From contig OX638156.1 of assembly GCA_951804945.1 (NCBI GenBank), positions 38,626,001 through 38,690,000 on the forward strand: a stretch of DNA of 64,000 nt. The letters are read 5' to 3'. The DNA is from Podarcis cretensis (taxonomy: Eukaryota). Shown piece after piece: positions 49,763 to 61,758 of the stretch (position 1 is the first letter of the stretch; each line of letters begins with the position of its first letter). The translations under genes were made by a program, and so were the position numbers. A model generated the notes under the pieces. The model was not told the DNA's origin, made no database searches, and saw nothing but the letters and a program-made list of their open reading frames with translations.

Positions 49763-51531
49763 GGGGATTACTGGCTAACTAGCGTGTGGGACAATGAGAA
49801 GTGGAGTTTAGGGGGCCTCCACTTTGACTCTTGCCTGGGCTATAACTTCACCAGACCTTTAGCAAGCCAGTCCCTCTTGACCTCAGCCCAGAGGGACTTA
49901 ATATCCCTTTAGTAACATTGGTGCCCATCCTTACACCCTCACATGGGCCACCCTTTGTTTTAACTTTTGCTCCAGCCACACATGATGTAGCAAGGGGTTG
50001 CCAAACCACTCGAGGAATCTGCACTTCACAGCAGCTTTGTCTGCATGTGACTCAGATTGCATGTGTGGCATCCGGAACTGATGTTTAAAGTAGGTGCTCC
50101 TTCAGTGAACTCTATATTGACGCTTGTAACTGAAAACAAGAGCACAAGAAGAGCCTACTGGATGAGGCCAGTGGCTCATCTTGCCCAGCACCCTGTTTTC
50201 ACAATGACCAACCAGATGCCTGTGGGAAAGCTGCAAGCAGGATCCAAGCACAAGAGCCCTCTCACCTCCTGTGGTTTCCAGCAACTGGTACTTGGAAGCA
50301 TTTCAGTTCATGAAACATCTTCAGGTCACAGCCATTTGCGGTGGGTGTGTGAGGGCAGAGAGACTTCAGAGGGTTGGCACTGGGTGTGCCTTGTAAACCA
50401 GTGGTGTCCCAATACATCTGCAGTGCACAATGCAAGCCACTTGGAGGGCCATTTAATGGTTATTTAAGAAAGGCAATACTCTCATTCTGTGAACCTCTCT
50501 TTCCCCTACAGGGACAGGACTGGAGAAGAGGGGGATTTGGTCTTTGTTTAGAAATTGGGCAGCAGGGGCTCTAGGCATCCTGCCCCTTCCCCCCAACCAT
50601 CCTGGGGTTAATGCTGACCTTTGCTTTTGTGTAATTTTTAGATTTCCAACCTGATTTCTTAAAAACCAGGTGACTTACTAGTCAAACAAGCAAAAAAACT
50701 TCCAAAAGCTTCCATCAACAGGTAACTCCCAACATGGGACCATGCCTATTTATCTGTCCCTTGGAAACCCCCCCACCCACGGTACCCTCCTTGAATGTTT
50801 TTGCCTGGTCACTGTCCCCCTCCCAACTCTTCTGGGCTTAGTCTGGCTTGTACTTACTTGTGTTTTAAAACGTAAGAAAGAGACAACCGCAAAGAACTAG
50901 AAATGCTTTGTAATGCTGGAAGGCACAGGCTAAGAACTACATCTTGCAAAGCACCCAGGTCCGTCTCTCGAGTCCAGGCATCTCTTGCCTACAGTTCTTC
51001 CCTAGCATTGCAAAGGATGCTTCTGTGCTGGTGCCATTCTTCAGACTTTGGTTATTTGCCTTTTGATTTCTAGGGACAGAGCCTCTTCCGCGACTCTTTT
51101 TGGTAAAACTGGAGGAACCCCCTCTGTTTTTTCCATAACTGGCTCCTGCAATGGTGGGAAGGCGTTCTTGTTGCGGCCATGGGGCACCCCGTTAATATTG
51201 GTGGGTTTGATCCCTTTGCCCAGTCAGGACTGAACAACAGGGCTGCACTTTCAAGCACAGATGCCCAGCTTCTGCCAGCTGTATCTGGGAACTGTGTTGT
51301 GCCTTCCTTGCTCTGTCCCCCCAAGATGGGGGCACTGCCCATATAGTGACAGAGGTGGGAGAGGGGACCAGTCCAGCATGGAGTCTTCCTCCAAGGGGCA
51401 CAGAGGGGAGGATACACCCAGCAGGGTGGCTTTTCGGCCCCTTTTGCAGCAGACTAGTGCATTTTGGAGGAGGCCAACTTGCATCCTCCACAGCTGCTGA
51501 TGCTCTTCTATGGGGCTGGTGAGGATGGGGC

Positions 51532-51892
51532 TCAGAATTCGTACTGGGAAACGAAGACTGTGATCTTGAAGATGTGTTTCCCCAGGAGGGTCTTCCGGGC
51601 AAACTCGCTCATCTCCAGCTCCACCTCCAGTGTCGTCGGCCCCACAACTGGCCGGGTGAGCACCAGCTCCCCTGTGTGCTGGTCCAAGCGCTGCACAACC
51701 AGCTTCCCCTGGCTGTTGCCCCCTAAGATGCTGAAGCGCAGGCTGTCTCCCACAAAGCGGCTGGTGGACATCTTGAAGAGGATCCTGGGCACAGTGCGGT
51801 TGGACGGGAGAGGCAAGTAATGGAACGAGATGGAGTTGGCCGCCCTCCGACAGGCGTTGTTCTCCATGGGACAAGGGCTGCGCTCGCATTGC
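51532..51892 (-). CDS. Fibulin-7-like last exon (fibulin C-terminal module)
   Basis: cctag|G CAA TGC GAG ... TAC GAA TTC TGA. Confidence 0.93.
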
Positions 51893-52259
51893 CTAGGAGA
51901 GGACATAGAAGAGGCACTCAGGCAGGGCCAGTTGGAGACATTGTGCCCCATCCAAGCAGGCCTGGAGGGGGTCCCCAACATTCCCTATACCCAGAAACAG
52001 CTTTATTGCACAGAGCCAGACCTTTGATTCATCTAGCCTGGTACTGTGTCCTGAGACTGGTGGCAGCCCATCCTGACCTGCTCTGCTACAGGAGATGCTA
52101 AGGACTAAACCTGGGACCTTCTGCGTGCAAAGTCATAGCCTGACCCACTAAGCTACAGGGATGAGTGGACCAAACATTGGGAATAACTTTGATGCAAGAG
52201 CTGTTGACAGTGGAATGGACTGTTGTGGGAAATGGTAAACTCTCCTTCCCTGGAGGCTT

Positions 52260-52313
<54 letters not shown>

Positions 52314-53288
52314 TTTTTTTATTTATACCCCGCCCTCCCCAGCCAAGGCCGGGCTCAGAGCAGCTTACAAGCAATAATAAAAACAAGATGAATGATTACA
52401 AACTTAAAAACAAAATTAAAATACAACATTAAAATAATGGAACATTAAAATATTAAAATGTAGCCTCATCGCAGGAGGAGAAGGAAAAGAAAAAAGAAAT
52501 CGCAGGAGAAGGAAAAGAGAGAGAGAGAGAGAGGGAGGGAGGGAGGGAGGGAATCAAATTGGCTGCAAGCCAAAGGCCAGGCGGAACAACTCTGTTTTAC
52601 AGGCCCTGCGGAAAGAAATCAGATCCTGCAGGGCCCTGGTCTCATGAGGCAGAGCGTTCCACCAGGCCGGAGCCAGAGTTGAAAAGGCCCTGGCTCTGGT
52701 TTAAGCCAATCTAACATTTTAAGCAGAGGTTGGATGGCCATCTGTCAGGGATTCTTCAGCTGTGATCCCTGCATTGTAGCGGGTTGGACTGGGTGCACCT
52801 CCCAACTCTACAATCCTATCTTTAACGGATGCCAGTCTAAATAACAAATTGGGGTGCTTGCACACAGTGAGATGGAAATAGCCGAGTCCTGCTGGCTTTG
52901 TGGAGACTCTGATTGGCTTAATAAGTGGTTCTGTAAATAGAAAATAGGAGGGGGCATCTTTAGACTCCAGCCCCCATCCGCTACACTGTGCCTCCGGAAT
53001 ATATTCCTCATCCTTTCAAATGTGGCAATGAGGCTTGCGGGGGAGGAGGGAACTTCCAGCGGTGCCAGTGCAAGTCCCCCCCTTCCTCCATAAGGCTCAA
53101 TGCTATGCCGGGGCTCGTAGAATTGTAGAACTATAGAGTTGGAAGGGACCACGAGGGTCATCTAGTCCAACCCTGGGCAATGCAAGAATCCTTTGACCAG
53201 CATGGGGCACAACCCCATGACTCTGAGATTAAGCGTCTCGTGCTCTGCCGACTGAGCTATTCCAGACTCTTGTTTTTCGTTTGGGCAG

Positions 53289-53319
<31 letters not shown>

Positions 53320-56300
53320 GAAGAAAGCGTTGGGAGATTGTTGGGAGACTGTATAAGAGCATAAGGCAAGCCTGCAGGACCAGTCCAATGGCCCCTGCTC
53401 TCAGGGGCCCAACACAGGGGCCCCAGCACAAAAACACTCCTCCACACCAGAGCTTCCAGCAACTGGTATTCAGAAGCTTTATAGCCACCCTGGCTGATAG
53501 CCTTATTCCCCATTAATTTGTCTAACCCTCTCTTAAAGATGTCTAGGTTGTTGGCCATCACTGCCTCCTGTGGGAGTGAGTTCCACAGTTTAACTATGTA
53601 CGATACAACAATGTGCTCACATCAGCTGAAAACAGTCCCTCGTCAGCCGATTCCCACAGCATCTCAATCCATACAGCATGCAAAGTGGGATGGCCACCAT
53701 CTCTGTTCTGGCTCAAGGGGTAGAAGAGCAAAGGGAAGCTCTAGGGGGCATTGGGGTGAAGGCTCTGGGAGGCTACGAAGTGCTTCTGCCCAGCGCTGCA
53801 GACAAGGAGTGGAGCAGTTGCTGGCAAAGGCTGCTGCTTCCATCCTGAGTGAACTTTAGCGCTTGTACTTACATGGCTGAAGTCTTGACGTAGCTGATAT
53901 TGAGTTGGGCCGTGGGGCATTCGGGCCGCACACAGCGGAAGCCCCCAAAGACGTTGATGCAGGTCTGTCGCTGGCTGCAGTTGTGCTGGTTCTCTGCGCA
54001 CTCGTCCACATCTTGCAAACACAACAGGGAGAGTTTGTTTGCTGCCATGCCCTCCTTCAGCCTCCTAGAACACACAGCTCAGGGCGGTTCCTCTCCCGGC
54101 TGACCCCCAATTATTCTCTCTCACCCCATCCCCCGCAAAGGCACTCACCGTTGCATGAATTGGTGTCACCCTGGAGCTGGTAGCCATGGGGACAAGTGCA
54201 CCGATAGGCTCCGGGCAGGTTCACACATTTGTGGAGGCAGATGCGGGTGTGGCGGCTGGTCTGGAAGAGCTGGCACTCATCAATATCTGGAGGGGAGGCA
54301 GCAAGAAGTCTGCTGAGTGACCCTACCCCCTCCAAGGGTAGAGCAAAATGGGACTTCCAGCCCCTGCTCAGCACTTCTAGAGATCAATGCCCAGGCAAGG
54401 CAAACTCACCAGCAAGGAAGGGCTACAACCAATGATGACTGGGGGGGGGGGGCAGTTTGGCTGAGAGGTACCTGGAGTTGTTTGCTTCAAGGATCAGACC
54501 CCATGAGCACAAATTGCCCCTCTGCACACCAGCACAAGCTGCAATGTGGGATGTCCACTGAGGTCCACTGAACTGGAGAAAAGACACTCTATTGGGGCAG
54601 AGCTAAATTGAGGCATGATCTTGTGACTGTTGCTTCCTGGGAATCTGATACAGTGCTTGGAATCTAAGCAGAGCCCTGAAGCTGGATCAGGCCAAAGGCC
54701 TGCTAGGCCAGCATCCTGCATCCACAGTGGCCATGTTAGATGCTTTCAGGAAACCCACCAGCAAGGCTTGGAGGCTATTAGCCTCCTCCTTTTCTGCTCT
54801 CCTGCCACATTATTTGCTTCCCATCAGGGGAGGCAAAAAAGGGTCTGATTGCATTACCGGGAGATGACAGCCCCCTCCACCCCATTTTTAAGTCAAGTTT
54901 TTGGCCTATGCTCTATAGCTACAGTAAGGGAAAGTGTTCAGGCACTAAAAAGCTACAAAATAACTTGGCCATAGCTGCCCTTGCCCAGAGTACTGCCTGC
55001 TGGTCATAACAATGGGCATTTTGGTAATGCAGAGTAATTGGGCTAGTGCCTGAATCATGAGGATGGTGCAATCCAGGCAGAAAACTCCCAAGGTGAGAAT
55101 GTAAAAGGTAAAAAGGAGCCCCCACTGGATCAGATTAAGGGGCTCCATCTTGTTCTGCCTTCCCCCCAAGCTGCTGCCTTCCAGAAGCTTTGGACTTCAG
55201 TTCCCACCAACCCAGCCCAGCCCAGCAAACATCTGGAGGGCATCAGGCTGGGGAAGAGATCCATTTAGAGCAGCATCCTGATCTAGACCAGCCTATAGCT
55301 CACTGGCAGAGCATCTGCCTTCCCAGGTTCAATTTCCAGCAGCGTCTCCAGGCAGCGGTGCCTGAAATCTTGGAGAGCAGTGGCTGGTCACTGAGCTAGA
55401 TGGACCAAGGGTCTAACTTGGTATAAGGCTTCCTATCTTCCCTGGGATAGTCTCCAGGAAGTCCACAAGGAGCCAGGCATGCAGGCAACAGGTGGGTTTG
55501 TCCCCAGTACTATGTGGCATTCAGCCCAGGACAGGTATATATACAAAAGATTCCCTGAAGTAAGAAAGTCGGAAGATCCCTGGCTTGCGTGTGGGAAGAT
55601 GGCGAGGGGAGGAAATCCCTCTGTTTCTGGGAAGCATGAGACACCAGCTCTGTCGACCTGCCAAGCCCGCTTCCCCCTTACCTTGGCAGAGGCCTCCTGC
55701 CTGCATCTGGAAGCCAGGGTCGCAACTGCACTGGCGTGAGCCCAGGTAATTCTCAGCACAACGGGGCTGTCGGCTAAAGGACGAGTTGCTGAGTGTCGCC
55801 CAATCTGTGGTCAAGAGGCAGCTGTCAGTTCTTTGCACCAATGCCCAACAGAGTAAAGGAGCAGGGGACAGAGACCCCCAGCCGAGTCACACAGCGCAGG
55901 CCTCTTATGAACCCCCCGTGCTCAGCCTAACCAAGCCAATGTGGAAACATCTCCAGACACCCACCTCTCCCTTTCCCAGTCCCCAGGGTCTTTTCTGTCA
56001 TGAGGACAGGGGTACCGCAGCCCCCTGCTACTTACAGGAGTACAGTGGGGCTTGGCAGGTGCTGCCTGACCAACCACTGGGGCACAAGCAGCTGTAGCGG
56101 TGGATACCATCCACGCAGGTCCCGCCATTGGCACAGGGGTTGCTGGCACACTCGTTGATGCCTGAGTTGAGGGAAGGGGAAAACTGAATTACACTCAAAC
56201 AGCCGTCATTTTGGACCAGCGGAGGGGAAATGCAGAACCTCTGAGTCCATGCTGCTCATTGGAATTGGTTTTCAGTACAAGAATGGAGCAGAGCTCACAG

Positions 56301-59067
56301 TCTTTCCATGTAAACACCAATTCCTTGTTGGTTCCTTCACTTGGAAAGCCATGTTATGGTTACAACAAAATTGCAGGCCCAGTTGGGAAAATTGGCCAGA
56401 GATCAACCTGTAGGTCTATCAGCAGGAGTGGGGGCTGTTAGGAGGTCCCCATTTTTATGATACCCGGCAACCTCAAGCTATTCCTTCTACCAGCCAGACA
56501 CACTCACCTTTGCAGACAGGCTGCTGTCCGCTCCACTTGTGGTTCTCCTGACACACCCGTGTCTCAGCACCCACCAGGAGGAAACCAGCATCACAGACAA
56601 AATGCACCTCGTGACCCACGGACGTCCTCTTTCCCAGCCTCCGGCCATTCAAGGGTGCTGGCAGGGGGGTGCAGCTCTCTGTTGGGGGATCAGAAAAGAC
56701 GGGAAAGTGAGTCTCCCCATGGCTCCTTTCCCCAGGCTCTTTTCCTATCCTAGCCTGTGGCTGTTGCTTTCTTGTATACATTAAGTAGCAAAATACTGCT
56801 TAAATGAAATAGTGTTATAGCCAAGGCTGGGGCTCTCATGAGGCAAACCAGGCAGCTGCCCAGGGCACAGACCTCAGAGGAGCTCAGTACTGACCTCTGA
56901 GGGGCACAGTTTTATACAGATCTGTTTTTATTATATCTTATACATTTCTGATAATATTTTGCTTTTATTTTATATTGTGAAGAGTTTTATCGTTTCTGAA
57001 GTAAGTCATACATTAGAATTGTTTTTCATGTAGATATGAAATAGACCACAGTTGAGTGGAGGTCACACACACAGTGAAAAGTGAGATTTTGATGTGCCTG
57101 AAATTGAAACTTTTAAGAGACTTAACATCACAATTCACAATAAATTCCAACTTTAGTATTTGAAAAAGATCATCAAAGATCGTTGCATTACTTATTCTTT
57201 CAATTAAAAATAAATTCAGCAGTTTCAAGTTTTGTGCTTTTCATTTTTTTCTTCAAAACATCTGTTTTTGAAAACTGAAATTGGCAGGGGGGAGGGGGTT
57301 GTGTGCAAGTAGTTAGCTTTGCCCAGGGTGCAAAATAGTCTGGCATCAGCACTGGGTGTGGCATTACAACATTATCTTTATATGTTTTTAGCTTTTTGCT
57401 TTTTATCTGGGTTGCTTTACTTTGTGTAAGCTGAGTCTGGTCCAGGATGGGATATAAATAAATATAAAAATAATAGTAATAGATGAGTTTTTAAAAACCC
57501 TGAGTTGTATGCAACTTAATAATAATAATAATTTTGAAATTTATATCCCACCCATCCTGATAGGTTTCCCCAGCCACTCTGGGCCTCTTACAACATATAT
57601 AAAAACACAACAAAGTATCAACTTGATTCTACTTACAGTGCACCCACTGAAGTTAATGAACCCAAATTAATCATGTCTATTAAATTCAATGGGTCTACTA
57701 TGAGTAGAGCTACCACTGGAAACAATTCCCCCTTTCCAGTCCTCATTTTTAAAGAGTTGATTAGATGCAGCGAAAAGCCATTCCCTAGACATTTAAAAAA
57801 CAAAACAAAACAGCCTCAGGGTTGCCCTGTGTCCTGCACACATCATGTGCACACACAGACACCTTTCTGCTTCTGCACTCTGTGCTTCTCTCTCCTTTTA
57901 CCATTGTGCTTGGCTGCCTGCTGGTGGAGACTGCCTTGCAAAACGGCCAGCTGCTTCTTGAAGTTGCGCAGGCTCTGCAGCTGGGCAGCCTCATGCGAAG
58001 ACAGCAGCTTCTGCATCTGCCGGATGGCACTGGAAACTTGCTGGTCACTTAGGCAGCCCTGCAGGGGGTGAGAAGGTACAAAGTAGCTTTGGCAGGGAAG
58101 TGGAAGGAACAGCCCACAGGTATCACCCACAAAGGCTCGTGGCAAATTGTAACTGATGCTGCGCGCACACCCACAAACACCCACCCACCACCGCTGCAGA
58201 GGCTCCATCCCTTGTTCATTTTGGCTGCCCTTTTCTGAACCCTTTTCACTTCCACAATGTCCTTTTGGAGGTGAGTATAGAATGTTTAGATCTGTGGTGG
58301 CCAAACTTGCCCCTCCAGCTGTTTTGGGACTACAATTCCCATCATTCCTGACCATTGGTCCTGTTAACTAGGGATGATGGGAGTTGTAGTCCAAAAACAG
58401 CTAGAGGGGCAAGTTTGGCCACCACAGGTCTAGATGGTGCCTCCAGGCCCACAATGCACACTATAGGCAAGATCAGGCCTCTGCATCCAAGGCATTCAAT
58501 TTGGCCCAGAAAAACACTTCTATGACATTCCTGTTCTAAGTCCCCACACTGCCCATTGCTGAAGTTTCATACACCAGCCTGTCTAAGTTGAGGGTGGTGA
58601 GAAAATGTTCTGCTTACAAGCTTAAGCCATGCTGGATGGGGGTGATGGGAATTAGAGCCCCAAACATCTGGTGGGCACCAGGCTGGGAAATCAGGGAGGG
58701 ATTTCACCCACCCATCCATCTACCCATCCATTACATTTATATCCCACCTTTATATCCCTCCAGGAAGCTTGAGGTAGCCTACATACTTCTCTTATCCATT
58801 TTGTCATCACAACAAGTGGTTGCCTGGCTAGACAAGAGCTTTAGCTTTGAACTCCACTCTTTTGTTTATCAGGGTCCACTCCTATGGACCAAGCACACCT
58901 GGGCTCTGCACCCAAACCTACAGGCACCATCCCCTGCCTCCTACTGGTTCCATACCACCAGCCCTCCCAGGTTCAGGATTCAGCATCATTTATCTTACCT
59001 GGGAGTTGCTATGAGGCAACTGTAGGATACCCAGGACCACCACAGCCATTATCTGGGGCAGCAGCAT
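51532..59067 (-). CDS. Fibulin-7-like secreted ECM protein (FBLN7 paralogue), complete, 427 aa
   Basis: complement(join(51532..51892,53873..54011,54149..54286,55682..55804,56036..56161,56508..56678,57902..58058,58999..59067)) = 1284 nt, all GT-AG and in phase. Signal peptide, coiled coil (SAIRQMQKLL), sushi, EGF/cbEGF repeats and fibulin C-terminal domain ending FVSQYEF*. Confidence 0.93.
52264..52716 (-). mobile_element. L2-like LINE 3' end with (ATT)n tail, nested in a CR1 3' end
   Basis: TTTTAA duplicated at 52258-52263 and 52717-52722; the flanks rejoin to a continuous CR1 tail ...ccctggaggcttttaagcagaggttggatggccatctgtcaggg... Confidence 0.75.
53115..53265 (-). mobile_element. tRNA-Lys(CTT)-derived SINE with CR1-derived tail
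   Basis: Minus strand: TAGCTCAGTCGGCAGAGCACGAGACGCTTAATCTCAGAGTCATGGG..., then ...GATGACCCTCGTGGTCCCTTCCAACTCTATAGTTCTACAATTCTA. Confidence 0.8.
53873..54011 (-). CDS. Fibulin-7-like cbEGF exon (DVDECAENQHNC...)
   Basis: gcaag|AT ... GCCAT|gtaagt. Confidence 0.93.
54149..54286 (-). CDS. Fibulin-7-like cbEGF exon (DIDECQLFQ...NSCN)
   Basis: ccag|AT ... AACG|gtgagt. Confidence 0.93.
55295..55430 (+). mobile_element. tRNA-derived SINE fragment (Squam2-like)
   Basis: tagctcactggcagagcatctgc...cccaggttcaattt...ctgagctagatggacc; related pieces at ~32870-32990 (+), ~60500-60650 (-), ~63335-63550 (+). Confidence 0.55.
55682..55804 (-). CDS. Fibulin-7-like exon (FSRQPRCA...CSCDPGFQ...CQ)
   Basis: acag|AT ... 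CAAG|gtaagg. Confidence 0.9.
56036..56161 (-). CDS. Fibulin-7-like EGF exon (INECASNPCANGGTC...)
   Basis: tcag|GC ... TCCT|gtaagt. Confidence 0.93.
56508..56678 (-). CDS. Fibulin-7-like sushi/CCP exon
   Basis: acag|AG AGC TGC ... WSGQQPVCK G|gtgagt. Confidence 0.93.
57902..58058 (-). CDS. Fibulin-7-like coiled-coil exon (GCLSDQQVSSAIRQMQKLL...)
   Basis: gcag|GGC ... AATG|gtaaaa. Confidence 0.92.
58292..58427. mobile_element. Palindromic hAT-type MITE
   Basis: 23-bp TIR CTGTGGTGGCCAAACTTGCCCCT/AGGGGCAAGTTTGGCCACCACAG; TSD GTTTAGAT/GTCTAGAT. Confidence 0.88.
58999..59067 (-). CDS. Fibulin-7-like signal-peptide exon (MLLPQIMAVVVLGILQLPHSNSQ); exon probably starts at 59122
   Basis: AAG-ATG context, hydrophobic core, phase-0 donor CAG|gtaaga; upstream polypyrimidine acceptor at 59123-59124. 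Confidence 0.82.
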
Positions 59068-60599
59068 CTTTCCAGTGTTGGAGCAGGTTCAGTGGATTCT
59101 CTGCAAAGCTTCCACAGTTGTCCTTGATCAGAAAAAAGAAGGAAGGGGAGTCTGTGAGAGGGCAGCTAGTGTTCCACCCGCATAAGGCAGGCCTTCCAGG
59201 TATCTTTGCAAGGAAGGAGGTGAGAGGTATTCTCAGATCACCGCAAACCTCAGTATTCCCATTCCCAAACTGTGAGCCACCCGGCTCCACTCCACAAAGA
59301 CATTCTGGCAGCAGTGCAAACGGAGATTGCCAACTGACCAAGATTTAAGAGCCTGGTCTGCTCCTGTACCTTAATTGGCACAGCAAAAAAAGCAGAGTCA
59401 CCTGCTGCTATCTAAAAACTATCACCAACAGCAGTCATTCCATCAGGCTGCAGAGAGAAGGAAGAAGAGGAAAGCAGGGCTGATGTCAACAGACAGCAGC
59501 CATTCCATCAGGTGAGAAAGCCAAGGGAGAGAAGGGATGCAGGGCAACAGACATTTAAAAGACAAGGCTTTCCCCGGAGAAAACTGGGAACTGTAGTCTG
59601 TCAAAGGTGCTTTAAATGCAAGGTGTGTATGCCCTTGGCTCTTTCCTTCATCTGTCTCCCCGCAGGAGCCGTTCCATCCGGCTTCAGCAGAGGGAGAGGC
59701 AGGAAGCAGGATACTCCATCGGCTCTAACATGAGACCAACTCTTTTGTCTCCTCTTCTGATTGAACTGTTCCCATCTCAGCTGGTCCTTATCTGAATTAT
59801 CTAGCTTTAAGAATGGGTGCTTTGGTTTGTTTCCCTACCCCCCCCCAAATCTATTTTGTTTCTTGTGTCTCTGAGACGGTAAGCCGAAGGACAGGGGCTC
59901 TTTTGTTTGGTTTGCCTTGATAAGCTGCGCTGGGAGCCCTTTTCTTGTCCCCCTTCTCGCTGAAGAGAGGGGTAAGAAAACACTTTGAACGAAACAAGGA
60001 AGATCAAACATCCTTAAAGGTAGCAACCCTAGAGCGGAAAGCCATTGACTCGGCCCCACCAGCACCCCGAGGAAGTGGATGGTGAGAAAAGGCTTAGCCA
60101 TCCTGGTGCCCAGCAGACGTTTCAGACTGTAACCCCCTTCAGCCCCAGCAACATAGGACCATGTCAGCCGACACCTCTGGAGGGCACCAGGTTGGGGAAG
60201 GCTGCTCTGCTAGAATCCTTGCGAGTTAACCCCTTCAGGGATACAGTGTTCAGACTTCCTTGAGGGGACAGCATAACTCGTGAATCTCTTTTCAAGCCTG
60301 CAACGCTCACAAAAGCCTAGCTAGGCACTAGGAAACTGCTTTGCACTGAGGCAGACCAACGGACCGCCTAACTCAGTATTGCCAACACTGACCGGCAGCA
60401 GCTCTTCAGACATTCCCAGCCCACGGATAGAACCCGGGACCTTCTGCTCCATCCCTTGGCTACAATCCTAACCCCAAAGCGCATCCGGGACGCCCATGCC
60501 TTCTACTAAGTGAGGCAACTGGTCCACCTAGCAGCTCAGTATTGCCTACACTGATCGGCAGCGGTATACCCAGCCTTCCCTGGAGACGATGCCGCTGGA

Positions 60600-61500
60600 C
60601 CAGGGACGTTCTGCGTGCAAAGCAGATATCCCTCCACTGCGCCCCAGCCTTTCTCCAAGCTGAAAGGTAGGGAGGAAGGCGCTTTTCCCCACCCCCACTT
60701 CAGGGAGGCTGGAAGTCTCGGCGCCGAGCCGCTTTGCTGGCACAGACGCGCGCCCCTCGCCCGGCCCTCTGGGCGCCCGGAGTCCCGCGAAAAGCAGCAG
60801 CCGAGCCAGCCCGCTTCGGGGGGGGGGGAGGTGGAGAGGCCGCTGCCGCCTTTGCTTGCAGCACGTGGGACCAGGCAGACCCTCCCCAGGAACCGAGACC
60901 CCCCCCCCTCCAAGCCTGCCTCCCCACGCGTCTCTCTCCCTAAAGGCACCTCGAGAAAAAGTTGCGCCGACCTGCGGGGCGGCTTCCCTGGAAGGCGCGG
61001 CCGTCGGAGCAGCAGCAGCAGCAGCAGCAGCAGATGGAGCCTCCCCGGGTGCGCGCAAGAGAGCAGCCCCTCGGCGCCTTGCAGACTGGGAGCGGGTCTC
61101 TCTTGCCCGCCCTGGCCGAGGCGGGGCGAGAGGTTGGCCTCGTTGGCACCAGCTCAACGGGCACGCCGGAGGCCCCGCGCGGCCCGGATTGGGCGGCGGC
61201 GGCGGCGGTAGAGGGCTGGCGAGGGGAGCCTGAGCGGGTCAGCCGCGTGCCCAGAAGATGCCCGCGGCCGCCTCCCCTTCCCCCTCGGCGGGAGAAAGCG
61301 GCAGGAGTGCCAACTAGGCCCCGCGACTGTGGGTGCTCGGGGCCGTGGGTGCCATGCAGCGTGCATGGTCCTGGCACCGAAATTCATGGGGGATTTTGTG
61401 GGTGCTCGGGCACCCAGGGCCCCAGGGAGTTGGCACCTATGGGAAGCGGATTGAGTGAGTGACCTCAGCTGGGGCGCTCCTTTCTCTCCCAGAGCGTCTA
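60600..61500. promoter_or_regulatory. CpG island, probable promoter of the fibulin-7-like gene (leftward)
   Basis: Very CpG-rich; GC box GAGGCGGGGC at 61118-61127, CCAAT on minus at 61188-61192; the signal-peptide exon has an acceptor, so an upstream exon is needed. Confidence 0.6.
61010..61033. repeat. (CAG)8 / (CTG)8 trinucleotide repeat
   Basis: Direct reading. Confidence 0.95.
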
Positions 61501-61503
61501 GGT

Positions 61504-61758
61504 CAGGGGTCAGCAAACTTTTTCAGCAGGGGGCCGGCCCACTGTCCCTCAGATCTTGTGGGGGGCCAGACTATATTTTGAAAAATAAAATAAAAATGAA
61601 CGAATTCCTATGCCACGCAAATAACCCAGAGATGCATTTTAAGTAAAATCACACATTCTACTCATGTAGAAACACGCTGATTCCTGGACCGTCCACGGGC
61701 CAGGTTTAGAAAGGGATTGGGCTGGATTTGGCCCCAAGCCTTAGTTTGCCTACCCATG
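61504..61758. mobile_element. hAT (Charlie-like) non-autonomous element
   Basis: Perfect 8-bp TSD GTCTAGGT (61496-61503, 61759-61766); imperfect TIR CAGGGGTCAGCAAACT/AGTTTGCCTACCCATG. Confidence 0.85.

Noticed and set aside
9135-60205. Recurrent palindromic ACTACAA/TTGTAGT units as CRISPR repeats or miRNA genes
   Set aside because: They are dispersed, irregularly spaced and carry TIRs with 8-bp TSDs in a vertebrate genome, so they are MITEs; no small-RNA evidence is available.
60536-61516. Several overlapping 120-200 aa ORFs including polyQ, polyA and polyS
   Set aside because: They are expected from stop-codon scarcity in a CpG island; no recognisable domain or supporting exon structure.
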